Shown here piece after piece: positions 26,761-37,430 of a stretch of DNA of 64,000 nucleotides. Made by a program: the position numbers and the translations under genes. Under the pieces are notes generated by a model. That model saw nothing but the letters and a program-made list of their open reading frames with translations, had not been told where the DNA came from and made no database searches. The number at the start of each line of letters is the position of its first letter. Positions within the stretch are counted from its first letter, which is position 1. The stretch is taken from NCBI GenBank assembly GCA_963816185.1, contig CAWFJJ010000024.1, positions 576,001 to 640,000 on the forward strand, given 5' to 3'. Source of the stretch: Thermoanaerobaculia bacterium (GTDB lineage: Bacteria; Acidobacteriota; Thermoanaerobaculia; UBA5066).

Positions 26761-29520
26761 GTGACGATCGCATCCGGTGTCCGCCTGGGACCGTACGAAG
26801 TACTTGCGCCTCTCGGGGCGGGAGGGATGGGAGAGGTCTACCGGGCGAAAGACCCTCGCCTCAATCGTGATGTCGCGATCAAGGTACTGCCGGGAGATTT
26901 CTTAGAAGGTGAAGAGCGCAAGGCGCGTTTCGAGCGAGAAGCTCGCTTGCTTGCGGCGCTGAATCACCCCGGCATCGCCGCCATCTACTCGTTCGAAGAA
27001 ATCCCCGGTTCTCCTTCTCGCCACATCCTCGTCATGGAGCTCGTCGAGGGCGAGGGTCTCGACCAGAGGATCGGCAGCCCCTCTCTTTCCCTCGAAGAAT
27101 CCCTTTCCATCGCCCGGCAGATCGCCGAGGCTCTGGAGGCGGCGCACGAGAAGGGGATCGTGCACCGGGACCTGAAGCCTGCGAACGTGAAGATCAGTCA
27201 CGACGGGCGGGTGAAGCTGCTGGACTTCGGCCTCGCGAAGATCTTCGAGAGCGAGGCAGGCGGCTCGAACCCGTCGATCTCGTATTCGCCGACGCTGACG
27301 GCGCGCGCCACGGCGGCGGGCGTCATCCTCGGGACGGCGGCGTACATGTCGCCCGAGCAGGCGCGGGGCAAGGCGGTGGACAAGCGGACGGACATCTGGG
27401 CGTTCGGGTGCGTGCTCTACGAGATGCTTGCGGGGAAGAGAGCCTTCGAAGGCGAGACGGTCTCCGACACGCTCGCGTCGATCCTCAGGGGAGAGCCGGA
27501 CTGGGCGGCATTGCCGCCGGGAACACCGGAGAAAGTCAAAGAGATTCTTGGAAAGTGCCTGAGGCGCGAGGCGAAGCAGCGCCTCCACGACATCGCGGAT
27601 GCGCGCCTCGACCTCGAGGAATTGAAGGCAGCCGGCGCGTCGAGATCCTCCGGTCAATTTCCCTTCGAAGAAAAGACCGCGGTGCCGAGCCCAACGGTGG
27701 CAAGCGCAGAAGGGACGAGTCGTGAGCGAGGGAGCAAGAGGTCTCTCTATCTCTCCTGGGCGGTTGCGGCCGCGTTCGCGGCCGCGGCCGGGGTGCTCGC
27801 CCTGCGCGCTCGCGCCCCCGAAGTGCGCGTGTATCGCGCGACGATCAACCCTCCCGAGGGCACGGTCTTCGCCGTCGACACGACACAGCCTGGGCCGGCG
27901 GTTCTCTCGCCTGACGGACGGAAGCTTGCGTTCACGGCTCGCGGAGTCGACGCGAAGGTCAGGTTGTATGTCCAGCCCCTTGACTCCACCGGGGCGCAGC
28001 CCCTGCCGGGGACGGAGAACGCCCAGTACCCGTTCTGGTCTCCAGACAGCCGCTTTCTCGCATTCGGAGCCGATCAGAAGCTCAAGAGGATCGAGGCGTC
28101 CGGCGGACCGCCGTCGATCCTCTGCCCGACGACCGATTTTCCGAAAGGGGGAACGTGGAGCGCTCGAGGCGTGATCGTCTTTGCTCCCGCGGCCGGCGGG
28201 CCGCTCCACGTCGTCTCCGAGAACGGAGGCGAGTCGAAGCCGATCACGAAGCTCGACGAGAAGCGGGGCGAGAATTCCCACAGGCTCCCGTTCTTCCTTC
28301 CGGACGGGCGGCACTTCCTTTACCTCGCCCGCCTCGGGAGCGCGCTCCCGGCTGAGGGGCATCAGATCTTCGTGGGCTCCCTCGACGGCGGCGAATCGAA
28401 GGCTCTCCTCAGTTCGCCGACAGCCGCGGAGTACGCGTCCGGTTATCTCCTCTTCCTGCGCGACCGCGACCTGATGGCGCAGCGCTTCGATCCCAAGAGT
28501 CTCGCTCTTGAGGGGGAGGCGCACCCCGTGGCCGAGAACGTCAGCGTGCTCACCGGCGCCGCCAAAGCGAACTTTTCCGCCTCGCAGGCCGGGGTTCTCG
28601 TGGCCCAGATCGGAGCGGCCGTCGTCCTCGGAGCACAGCTCGAATGGACGGACCGTGCGGGGAAGCTGCTCGGCACGTTGGCGGATCGCGATGCCTACGA
28701 CGAGGTCAGTGTTTCACCGGACGGGCGCAGCGTCGCCGTGTCGCAGATCGATCTGAAGGCGGGCACACACGACATCTGGATCTGCGACGTCGCTCGGAAC
28801 CTGAAGACGCGATTCACGTTCGATCCGGGCGAGGAGCTCACGCCGCGTTGGGCCCCGGGCGGCCGCTCGCTCGTTTACGTAGCCGGCCGCGGCGCGCAGC
28901 AGGGACTTTATCGGAAGGAGATAGGAGGCTCCGGCGTGGAGGAGCTGCTGTACGCGTCGGAAACCGTCAAGGTCCCGAGCGGCTTCTCGCCGGATGGAAA
29001 ACTTCTCGCTTTCAACGAGGTCGGAACCGACACCGGCCTCGACATCTGGATCCTGCCGCTGACGGGGGACCGCAAGCCATATCCGTTTCTCAAGACGAAT
29101 TTCAATGAGTCGAACGCCGTTTTCTCCTCTGACGGAAAGTGGCTTGCCTATAACTCGAACGAATCCGGGCGGGCCGAGGTCTACGTCACTCCGTTTCCGG
29201 GTCCCGGCCGCAAGTGGCAGGTCTCGACGCAGGGAGGGGCGTATCCCGAGTGGCGACAGGGTGGCCGGGAAATCCTCTACCAGGACCTCAAGACCAACGA
29301 GATCATGGCCGTCCCGGTAGCCTTCAAGGGCGACGCCCCGGACTTCGGTGCGGCCCGGGAGCTCTTCACGGCAACGCCGCCGCTGGCCGGGTTCGCGCGA
29401 CGCTACGACGCGACCGCCGACGGGAAGAAGTTCATCATGATCCGCCCGAACCAAACGAGGGAGACGGGATCGCTCACGCTCGTCGTAGGCTGGACGGCGG
29501 AGCTCGAGGGAAAGAAGTGA
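26761..29520 (+). CDS. Ser/Thr kinase-TM-PD40/TolB-like propeller receptor K1
   Basis: [26 protein letters not shown]; TM; repeated SPDG/WSP propeller motifs. Confidence 0.93.
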   Translation: MTIASGVRLGPYEVLAPLGAGGMGEVYRAKDPRLNRDVAIKVLPGDFLEGEERKARFEREARLLAALNHPGIAAIYSFEEIPGSPSRHILVMELVEGEGLDQRIGSPSLSLEESLSIARQIAEALEAAHEKGIVHRDLKPANVKISHDGRVKLLDFGLAKIFESEAGGSNPSISYSPTLTARATAAGVILGTAAYMSPEQARGKAVDKRTDIWAFGCVLYEMLAGKRAFEGETVSDTLASILRGEPDWAALPPGTPEKVKEILGKCLRREAKQRLHDIADARLDLEELKAAGASRSSGQFPFEEKTAVPSPTVASAEGTSRERGSKRSLYLSWAVAAAFAAAAGVLALRARAPEVRVYRATINPPEGTVFAVDTTQPGPAVLSPDGRKLAFTARGVDAKVRLYVQPLDSTGAQPLPGTENAQYPFWSPDSRFLAFGADQKLKRIEASGGPPSILCPTTDFPKGGTWSARGVIVFAPAAGGPLHVVSENGGESKPITKLDEKRGENSHRLPFFLPDGRHFLYLARLGSALPAEGHQIFVGSLDGGESKALLSSPTAAEYASGYLLFLRDRDLMAQRFDPKSLALEGEAHPVAENVSVLTGAAKANFSASQAGVLVAQIGAAVVLGAQLEWTDRAGKLLGTLADRDAYDEVSVSPDGRSVAVSQIDLKAGTHDIWICDVARNLKTRFTFDPGEELTPRWAPGGRSLVYVAGRGAQQGLYRKEIGGSGVEELLYASETVKVPSGFSPDGKLLAFNEVGTDTGLDIWILPLTGDRKPYPFLKTNFNESNAVFSSDGKWLAYNSNESGRAEVYVTPFPGPGRKWQVSTQGGAYPEWRQGGREILYQDLKTNEIMAVPVAFKGDAPDFGAARELFTATPPLAGFARRYDATADGKKFIMIRPNQTRETGSLTLVVGWTAELEGKK

Positions 29521-29527
29521 GCGAGAC

Positions 29528-32128
29528 GTGACGCTGGCGGCCGGCACGAAGCTCGGGACGTACGAGGTTCTGGCCCCGCTCGGCGCCGGGGGGATGGGAG
29601 AGGTCTACCGGGCGAAGGATCTTCGCCTCGGGCGCGACGTCGCTATCAAGGTCCTGCCGGAAGAATTCTTCGAAGATGAAGAGAGAAGGACCCGCTTCGA
29701 AAGAGAGGCGCGGACGCTTGCGAGTCTGAATCATCCGGGCGTCGCCGCGATCTATTCATTCGAAGAAATCCCTGGTTCCTCTGATTCCCCCGGCTCGCAC
29801 GTCCGCCACATTCTCGTGATGGAGCTCGTGGAGGGCGAGTCGCTACGCCAGCGGATCTCCGAGGGCGCCCTGCCGGTGCGCAAGGCCGTGGACCTCGGAG
29901 CCCAGATCGCGCGCGGCCTCGCGGCCGCCCACGAGAGCGGGATCGTCCATCGGGACCTCAAGCCGGAGAACGTCGTCCTCACGAAGGACGGGCGCGCGAA
30001 GATCCTCGACTTCGGCCTCGCGAAGCAGCGCGCCGCCACGCCTGAAGAGGACACGAAGTCGCCGACGCTCGCGAGAGCGACGGACGCCGGGACTCTCCTC
30101 GGGACCGTCGGGTACATGGCGCCCGAGCAGGTGAGAGGGCAGAGTGCCGACGCGCGGTCCGACATCTTCGCGTTCGGGTGTGTCCTCTTCGAGATGCTGA
30201 CGGGCCGGCGCGCGTTCAGGGGCGACTCCGCGATCGAAACCATGAACGCGATCCTGAAGGAGGAGCCGCCCGAGCCCGACGTTTCGGCGGCGAAGATTCC
30301 TCCCGACCTCGACCGGTTCATCCGGCACTGTCTCGAGAAGAATCCCGCCGAGCGGTTCCAGTCCGCGCGAGACGTCGCGTTCGACCTCGAGGCTCTCGCG
30401 GGGAGCTCGTCGACGGGCCGTGCCACAGCCGTCATGCCGTCCGGCGGCGGCCGTCGCTGGCGCGTCGTCGCGGCCGTGGTCGTCGCAGTCGCCGCGATCG
30501 TCGCGGCGCACGTCGCGGGCTTCCGCCGGGGCAAGAACGCGGCGGCCCCGGTCCCGTCGTTCGCGCAGCTCACGTTCCGGCAGGAACCGATTTTCACCGC
30601 GCGCCTCGCCCCGGACGGCAAGACGGTCGTCTTCAGCTCCGCTCCGTCCGGCAATGCTCCCGAGATCTTCTCGGTCCGCTCCGACTTCGCGGGCGCGAGC
30701 CCTCGCCGCCTCCTCTCCGGCCAGCTCCTCGCGATTTCGTCCCGCGGCGAGTTGGCCGTCCTGAGCCATGCGCGGTACCTCGCCCACAGCCTCTTCGAGG
30801 GCACGCTCGCGCGGATGCCGCTCGAAGGCGGCGCGCCGCGCGAGATCCTCGACGGCGTGCGCGAGGCCGAGTGGTCTCCGGACGGCTCCGATCTCGCGGT
30901 GATCCGCGCCGTGGGCGGGAAGGACCATCTCGAGTTCCCCGTCGGAAAGGTCCTCGCCGAGACGGGCGGGTACTTCAGCAATCCGCGCTTCTCCCCGCGC
31001 GGCGACCGGATCGCGTTCTTCGAGCACCCCTTCAAGTACGACGACCGAGGCGGGATCGCCTCCGTCGACCTCGCGGGCAAGAAGACGGTCCTTTCGGACG
31101 GGTATTGGGGAGAGGAGGGACTCGCGTGGTCGCCCGGCGGAGACGAGGTCATGTTTTCCGCCGGGACCGCGTACAACAACTTCAAGGTGTTCGCGGTCTC
31201 CCTCTCGGGCCGGCGGCGCGTCGCGCTCGAGAGCGCCGGGGGCCTGACGATCCACGACATCCGGGGCGACGGGCGCTGGCTCGCCACGCGGGACGACTTC
31301 TTCCGCGAAATGCCCGTCTTCGTACGCGGGCAGGCGCACGAACGGGACCTCTCCTGGCTCGACCTCTCCGACCCCGTGGCCTTCACGCGGGACGCGGGGA
31401 CTCTTCTCTTCATGGAGGAGAGCGGCAGCGTGGGCGTGAACTACGCCGTGTGCGTTCGCCAGACCGACGGGTCGCCCGTCGTCCGCCTCGGGGAGGGCGC
31501 CGCCGCCGACCTGTCGCCGGACGGCAAGTGGGCGCTCGCGAACGTTCCGACGACGCCGCAGCAGCTCGTTCTGTACCCCACGGGCGCGGGCGAGGCGCGA
31601 CGGCTCGAGCGTGCGGGACTCGTCGCGTTCGACTCCGCGCGGTTCTTCCCGGACGGCAAGCGAATTCTCACCTGCGGTCACGAAGAGGCCAAGGCCGTCC
31701 GCTGCTACGTCCAGGACGTCGCGTCGGGCGGGTCCCGGCCCTTGACGCCGGAGGGAACCACCGACGGATATCCCGCGCCCGACGGCAGGACGGTCGTGGT
31801 GAGGACCCCCGCCGGCGATCTCGCCCTCCATCCCGTAGACGGAGGCGAGGGGCGGCCCGTCACGGGCACGAAGCCCGGCGACACCGTCGTCCGCTGGAGC
31901 ATCGACGGGCGCTCGCTGTTCGTCGTGTCGGGCACGGAGGTCCCGGCGCGCGTCGAGCGCCTCGATCTCGCGACGGGCCGGCGAGAACCGGTTCGCACGC
32001 TGGGCCCCGCGGATCTCGGCGGAGTCCTGCAGATCGGCCCGATCGTCCTGAGCGAGGACGCGAAGAGCTATGCCTATGCGGTGCGTCGCACGCTCTCGCA
32101 CCTTTTTCTCGTGGAAGGAGCGCGATGA
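29528..32128 (+). CDS. Ser/Thr kinase-TM-PD40 receptor K2
   Basis: Same kinase motifs; distinct propeller subtype. Confidence 0.93.
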   Translation: MTLAAGTKLGTYEVLAPLGAGGMGEVYRAKDLRLGRDVAIKVLPEEFFEDEERRTRFEREARTLASLNHPGVAAIYSFEEIPGSSDSPGSHVRHILVMELVEGESLRQRISEGALPVRKAVDLGAQIARGLAAAHESGIVHRDLKPENVVLTKDGRAKILDFGLAKQRAATPEEDTKSPTLARATDAGTLLGTVGYMAPEQVRGQSADARSDIFAFGCVLFEMLTGRRAFRGDSAIETMNAILKEEPPEPDVSAAKIPPDLDRFIRHCLEKNPAERFQSARDVAFDLEALAGSSSTGRATAVMPSGGGRRWRVVAAVVVAVAAIVAAHVAGFRRGKNAAAPVPSFAQLTFRQEPIFTARLAPDGKTVVFSSAPSGNAPEIFSVRSDFAGASPRRLLSGQLLAISSRGELAVLSHARYLAHSLFEGTLARMPLEGGAPREILDGVREAEWSPDGSDLAVIRAVGGKDHLEFPVGKVLAETGGYFSNPRFSPRGDRIAFFEHPFKYDDRGGIASVDLAGKKTVLSDGYWGEEGLAWSPGGDEVMFSAGTAYNNFKVFAVSLSGRRRVALESAGGLTIHDIRGDGRWLATRDDFFREMPVFVRGQAHERDLSWLDLSDPVAFTRDAGTLLFMEESGSVGVNYAVCVRQTDGSPVVRLGEGAAADLSPDGKWALANVPTTPQQLVLYPTGAGEARRLERAGLVAFDSARFFPDGKRILTCGHEEAKAVRCYVQDVASGGSRPLTPEGTTDGYPAPDGRTVVVRTPAGDLALHPVDGGEGRPVTGTKPGDTVVRWSIDGRSLFVVSGTEVPARVERLDLATGRREPVRTLGPADLGGVLQIGPIVLSEDAKSYAYAVRRTLSHLFLVEGAR

Positions 32129-34782
32129 CGCTTTCAGCAGGTACACGTCTCGGGTCTTACGAGATCCTTTCGCCGCTCGGCGCCGGGGGGATGGGAGAGG
32201 TTTATCGGGCGACCGATGCGCGACTCGGGCGGGCGGTTGCGCTCAAGGTCTTGCCGGAAGATTTCCTCGAGAGTGAAGAAAGCAGGCGGAGGTTCGAGCG
32301 GGAGGCGCGTACGCTTGCTTCGCTGAATCATCCGGGGATCGCCCATCTCTATTCATTCGAAGAAATCCCCGGTTCCTCCGGCTCGTCCCCGCGCCACCTC
32401 CTCGTCATGGAGCTCGTCGAGGGGGAGACGCTCACCGAGCGGCTGCTTCGCGGCCCGCTCGAGCCCGAGCAGCTCCTGAAGACCTCGATCGAGATCGCGG
32501 CCGCCCTCGACGCGGCGCATCACGCCGGCGTCATTCACCGCGATCTCAAGCCGGGAAACGTGATGCTGACGAAGTCCGGCGTGAAGCTCCTCGACTTCGG
32601 CCTCGCGAAGACGGCGGCGCCGCCCGTGAAGTCGTCGTCCTCGGCCACGTCGCTCCCGACCGAGATGCCGCGGGCGATCACGCAGCAGGGGACGATCCTC
32701 GGGACGTTCCAGTACATAGCGCCCGAGCAGCTCGAGGGCAAGGAGTCCGACGCCCGGAGCGACATCTTCTCCTTCGGGGCCGTGATCTACGAGATGGCGA
32801 CGGGCCGCAAGGCGTTCGAGGGGAAAAGCCATGCCGCCCTGATCTCGGCGATCCTCAAGGACGAGCCCGCCCCGGTCTCGGCAATCGCTCCGATGACGCC
32901 TCCGGCGCTGGACCGCGTCGTGAAGACGTGTCTCGCGAAGGACCCCGAGGATCGGTTCCAGACGGCTCACGACATCAAGCTGCAGCTCCAGTGGATCGCG
33001 GAGGGTGGCTCGCAGGTCGGGCTGCCCGCACCCGTGGCGCACCGCCGGAAGAGCCGCGAGCGTCTCGCGTGGGGCCTGGCCGCGGCGGCCGCCATGGCGG
33101 CGGCGGTCCTCGCCGTCGGCTTCGTCAGGCGCGCCCCCGTTCGTCCGAAGCTCGTGCGGTTCGAGATCGCGAACCCGGAGGGGATCACGACGATCGACGC
33201 GCCCCGCATCTCCCCGGACGGACGTCACCTCGCGTTCAACGCGACCGACTCCTCCGGGAAAAGCCGCGTCTGGGTTCGGGCGCTCAACGCGCTCGTCGCC
33301 CAGCCTCTGGCCGGCACGGAGGGCACGACGCGGCCGTTCTGGTCGCCCGACAGCCGGTTCATCGGGTTCTTCGCGGAAGGCAAGCTGAAGAAGATCGAGG
33401 TCTCGGGCGGGCCGGCGCAGAAGATCTGCGACGCCCCGACCGGCGCCGACGGCTCATGGAGCGCGGAAGGCGTCATCCTGTTCGACGGCAGAGGCAACGA
33501 CCCTATCTACCGTGTCTCCGCCGCCGGGGGAACGCCCGTCGTCGCCGTTAAACCCGAACCCTCGCGCAAAGAGACGACGGTCGGCTGGCCGGATTTCCTT
33601 CCGGACGGCCGGCACTTCCTCTACATGGCGGTGGGTGAGAAGTCCGAGGACAACGCCTACCGGATCGGCTCGCTCGACTCGGCCGAGTCGAAGATGCTCG
33701 CCCCGGCGCAGACGCTCGTCTCGTACGCGCCGCCCGGATACCTCCTCTTCGTGCGCGACAAGACGCTCGTCGCTCAGCCCTTCGACGCGAAAGCCCTGAA
33801 GACGGCAGGCGAGCCGATCCCGCTGGCCGAGCACGTCGGCACGGATGCGGTCGGGCTCGCGCGCTTCTCGGTCGCGGGCGACGGGACCCTCGTCTACCGG
33901 ACCGGCGAAACGGGGGACCGCCTCCTTTGGGTGGACCGTTCCGGCAAGGAAGGCGAGGCCGTCGGCGACCCGGGCGAGTACCACAACCCGGCATTTTCTC
34001 CGGGGGGCGACCGGCTCGCCTTCAACCTCGCCGATCCGCGGAGCGGGAAAAACGACATCTGGGTTCGGGACTTGAAGCGCGGTGTCAGCTCCCGGTTCAC
34101 GTTCGGTGCCGGCGAATCAGCTGCTCCTCTGTGGTCTCCCGACGGCCGCCTCATCGTCTTCAGGCATGACCTGGATCTTTTCGAGAAGGCCGCGGACGGC
34201 CAGGAAGGGGAGGAGAAGCTCCTCCTGAAGTCGGACGAGATGAAGGTTCCCTGCGACTGGACGCGCGACGGACGATACGTCGTCTTCCAGAGCCGCGGGA
34301 AGGAGACGAGCGTGGATATCTGGATCCTGCCCACGTTCGGCGACAAGAAGCCGTTCCCGTTCTTGAAGACCCAGTTCGCGGAGGCGCTGCCCGTCTTCTC
34401 GCCGGACGACCGCTTTCTGGCGTACCAGTCGAACGAGTCCGGCCGCAATGAGATCTACGTCCAGAGCTTTCCCGGCCCGGGTGGAAAGTGGCAGATCTCT
34501 GCGGGTGGAGGCGTAGAGCCGAGGTGGCGCGCCGACGGCAAGGAGCTGTACTACCGCGCTCCCGACCAGAAAGTGATGGCTGTCGAGGTCCAGACCGGAG
34601 GCGGTTTTACGCCCGGCGTCCCGCAGCCGCTTTTCTCGGGACGCTTCGATGCGGCAAATGTTCGCAACCGTTACCTCCCGACGGCCGACGGCCGGCGTTT
34701 TCTCACCGTGGCCCCGCTCGGGCGCGAGGCGATGACGCCGACGACGGTCGTCCTGAACTGGTACGCGGACCTGGGGAAGTGA
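32125..34782 (+). CDS. Ser/Thr kinase-TM-PD40 receptor K3
   Basis: True start ATG 32125 ([18 protein letters not shown] overlap with K2), inside the listed ORF 30178..34782. Confidence 0.92.
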   Translation: MTLSAGTRLGSYEILSPLGAGGMGEVYRATDARLGRAVALKVLPEDFLESEESRRRFEREARTLASLNHPGIAHLYSFEEIPGSSGSSPRHLLVMELVEGETLTERLLRGPLEPEQLLKTSIEIAAALDAAHHAGVIHRDLKPGNVMLTKSGVKLLDFGLAKTAAPPVKSSSSATSLPTEMPRAITQQGTILGTFQYIAPEQLEGKESDARSDIFSFGAVIYEMATGRKAFEGKSHAALISAILKDEPAPVSAIAPMTPPALDRVVKTCLAKDPEDRFQTAHDIKLQLQWIAEGGSQVGLPAPVAHRRKSRERLAWGLAAAAAMAAAVLAVGFVRRAPVRPKLVRFEIANPEGITTIDAPRISPDGRHLAFNATDSSGKSRVWVRALNALVAQPLAGTEGTTRPFWSPDSRFIGFFAEGKLKKIEVSGGPAQKICDAPTGADGSWSAEGVILFDGRGNDPIYRVSAAGGTPVVAVKPEPSRKETTVGWPDFLPDGRHFLYMAVGEKSEDNAYRIGSLDSAESKMLAPAQTLVSYAPPGYLLFVRDKTLVAQPFDAKALKTAGEPIPLAEHVGTDAVGLARFSVAGDGTLVYRTGETGDRLLWVDRSGKEGEAVGDPGEYHNPAFSPGGDRLAFNLADPRSGKNDIWVRDLKRGVSSRFTFGAGESAAPLWSPDGRLIVFRHDLDLFEKAADGQEGEEKLLLKSDEMKVPCDWTRDGRYVVFQSRGKETSVDIWILPTFGDKKPFPFLKTQFAEALPVFSPDDRFLAYQSNESGRNEIYVQSFPGPGGKWQISAGGGVEPRWRADGKELYYRAPDQKVMAVEVQTGGGFTPGVPQPLFSGRFDAANVRNRYLPTADGRRFLTVAPLGREAMTPTTVVLNWYADLGK

Positions 34783-34792
34783 AGGTGCCTCG

Positions 34793-37429
34793 ATGACGCT
34801 CACGACCGGTTCACGCCTCGGCCCTTACGAGATCGCCTCGCCCATCGGCGCCGGCGGGATGGGCGAGGTTTACAAGGCGAGGGACACGCGGCTCGAGCGG
34901 GACGTCGCCATCAAGATCCTGCGGCCGTCGGAGTCCACGTCCGAGGAGATGAAGCAGCGCTTCGAGCGCGAGGCCAAGGCGATCTCCCAGCTCTCCCATC
35001 CGAACATCTGCGCGCTCTACGACGTCGGTTCGCACGAGGGAACCGAGTACCTCGTCATGGAGTATCTCGAGGGCGAGACGCTGGCGGGCCGCCTCGCGAA
35101 GGGGCCGATGGAGCTCGGGCAGCTGATTCCGGTCGGGATCCAGATCGCGGACGCCCTCGACCGCGCCCACCGGCAGGGGATCGTGCACCGCGACCTCAAG
35201 CCCGGCAACGTGATGCTCACGAAGGGCGGCGTGAAGCTGCTCGACTTCGGCCTCGCCAAGACGCTGGCGCCGCAGTCCGCGCAGACGCAGCTCACGTCGC
35301 TGCCGACGATGGCCTCGCCGCAGCACCTGACCCAGCAGGGGACGATCCTTGGGACGTTCCAATACATGGCGCCCGAGCAGCTCGAGGGCGGCGAGGCCGA
35401 CGCGCGGAGCGACATCTTCGCCCTCGGCGCGGTCCTCTTCGAGATGGCGACCGGCCGGAAGGCGTTCGAGGGGAAGAGCCAGGCGAGTCTCATCGGGGCG
35501 ATCCTCAAGGAGAACCCTCCATCCGTCTCGTCGATCGCGCCCATGACCCCTCCCGCGCTCGACCGCGCCATCGCGACGTGCCTCGCGAAGGACCCGGAGA
35601 ACCGCTTCCAGACGGCGCACGACGTGAAGCTGCAGCTCCAGTGGATCGCCGAGGGCGGATCGCAGGCCGGGCTGCCGGCGCCCGTCGCACAGAGGCGCAA
35701 GAGCCGCGAGAAGCTCGCGTGGGCGCTCGCGGCCGCCGCCGCGCTCGCCGCCGCCGGTTTCGCGTTCGGGTTCGTCCGGCGCGCGCCGGCCCACCCGCAG
35801 GTCGTCCGGTTCGAGATCCCGACGCCCCCGGAGCTCACGACCATTGACGCGCCGCGGATCTCGCCGGACGGAAAGATCATCGCGTTCAACGCGACGGACT
35901 CGTCCGGGAGGAGCCGGATCTGGGTACGGGCTCTCGACGCGCTCAAGGCGCGTGCGCTCGACGGCACCGAAGGGGCGGGGCGGCCGTTCTGGTCGCCCGA
36001 CAGCCGCTTCATCGGCTTCGTCGCGGCAGGCAAGCTCCAGAAGATCGACGTGACGGGCGGCCCGCCCCAGAAGATCTGCGACGCTCCCGGAGGTTCCGAC
36101 GGGACGTGGAGCACGAGCGGCGTCATCCTGCTGGACGGCACGGGCCCTCAGCCGATCCGACGCGTGCCGGCTTCGGGGGGAACGGCCGTCGATTTCGTGA
36201 AGCAGGACGCATCGCGGAAGGAGAGGACCGTCGCCTGGCCCGAGTTCCTTCCGGACGGCCGCCACTTCCTGTACATGGCGACCGGCGAGAAGCCGGAGGA
36301 CAACGTGTACCGGATCGGGTCGCTCGACTCGACGGGCTCGAAGACCCTCGCGTCTGCGCAGACGCTCGTCTCGTACGCGCCGCCGGGATACCTCCTCTTC
36401 GTGCGCGACCGGACGCTCGTCGCGCAACCGTTCGACGCGAAGGCACTGAAGACGACTGGCGAGCCGACCCCGCTCGCCGAACAGATCGGGACGGACTCGG
36501 TCGGCCTCGCGCGGTTCTCGGTCTCGCGGAACGGAACGCTCGTCTACCGGACCGGGGAGAGCGGAAACCGCTTCGTGTGGATGGACCGGTCGGGCAAGGA
36601 AGGAGAGGCCGTGGGCGACCCGGGTGACAGTCGCAATCCCGCGTTCTCGCCGGACGGCGAGCGGCTCGCGTACGACCTCGCGGATTCGCGCCGCGGGAAG
36701 ACCGACGTCTGGATCCGAGACCTCAAGCGCGGCGTCAGCTCGCGGTTCACGTTCGACACGGACGGCGCGTTCGCGCCGCTGTGGTCACCGGACGGTAAGA
36801 GGGTCGTCTACACCGTCGGGAACGACCTCTTCGAGAAGGCGTCCGAAGGCCTGGGAGAAGAGAAACCGCTCCTCAAGTCCGACGAGCTGAAATTCGCCTG
36901 CGACTGGTCGCGCGACGGGAAGTACATCGCCTACTCGAGCCAGGGCAAGGAGACGGCGTTCGACATCTGGATCCTCCCCACGTTCGGCGACATGAAGCCG
37001 GTCCCGTTCGTCAAGACGCCGTTCGCGGAGCTCCGGCCCGTCTTCTCGCCCGATGGCCGCTTCCTCGCGTACCAGTCGAACGAGTCCGGGCGCGCCGAGA
37101 TCTACGTCCAGAGCTTCCCGGGCCCCGGCGGCAAGTGGCAGATCTCGACGGCGGGCGGCATCGAGCCGCACTGGCGCGGCGACGGCAAGGAGCTTTACTA
37201 CCGGGCGCCCGACCAGAAGCTGATGGCGGTCGAGATCCAGGCGGGAAGCACCGTCACGGCCGGCGCGCCGCAGCCGCTCTTCCAGGGCCGCTTCGACTCG
37301 AGCGTCGCGCGGGAGCACTACATTCCCACTCGCGACGGCAAGCGCTTCCTGGTCGTCGCCCCGCTCGGGCGCGAGGCGATGACGCCGACGACGGTCGTCC
37401 TGAATTGGCACGCGGACCTGGGACGGTGA
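34793..37429 (+). CDS. Ser/Thr kinase-TM-PD40 receptor K4 (close paralog of K3)
   Basis: Kinase motifs; C-lobe and propeller highly similar to K3 (both end [22 protein letters not shown]). Confidence 0.93.
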   Translation: MTLTTGSRLGPYEIASPIGAGGMGEVYKARDTRLERDVAIKILRPSESTSEEMKQRFEREAKAISQLSHPNICALYDVGSHEGTEYLVMEYLEGETLAGRLAKGPMELGQLIPVGIQIADALDRAHRQGIVHRDLKPGNVMLTKGGVKLLDFGLAKTLAPQSAQTQLTSLPTMASPQHLTQQGTILGTFQYMAPEQLEGGEADARSDIFALGAVLFEMATGRKAFEGKSQASLIGAILKENPPSVSSIAPMTPPALDRAIATCLAKDPENRFQTAHDVKLQLQWIAEGGSQAGLPAPVAQRRKSREKLAWALAAAAALAAAGFAFGFVRRAPAHPQVVRFEIPTPPELTTIDAPRISPDGKIIAFNATDSSGRSRIWVRALDALKARALDGTEGAGRPFWSPDSRFIGFVAAGKLQKIDVTGGPPQKICDAPGGSDGTWSTSGVILLDGTGPQPIRRVPASGGTAVDFVKQDASRKERTVAWPEFLPDGRHFLYMATGEKPEDNVYRIGSLDSTGSKTLASAQTLVSYAPPGYLLFVRDRTLVAQPFDAKALKTTGEPTPLAEQIGTDSVGLARFSVSRNGTLVYRTGESGNRFVWMDRSGKEGEAVGDPGDSRNPAFSPDGERLAYDLADSRRGKTDVWIRDLKRGVSSRFTFDTDGAFAPLWSPDGKRVVYTVGNDLFEKASEGLGEEKPLLKSDELKFACDWSRDGKYIAYSSQGKETAFDIWILPTFGDMKPVPFVKTPFAELRPVFSPDGRFLAYQSNESGRAEIYVQSFPGPGGKWQISTAGGIEPHWRGDGKELYYRAPDQKLMAVEIQAGSTVTAGAPQPLFQGRFDSSVAREHYIPTRDGKRFLVVAPLGREAMTPTTVVLNWHADLGR

Positions 37430-37430
37430 C

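Noticed and set aside
30178-32124. N-terminal 650 aa of the 1534-aa ORF
   Set aside because: This is an out-of-frame shadow of K2; the real K3 starts at ATG 32125.
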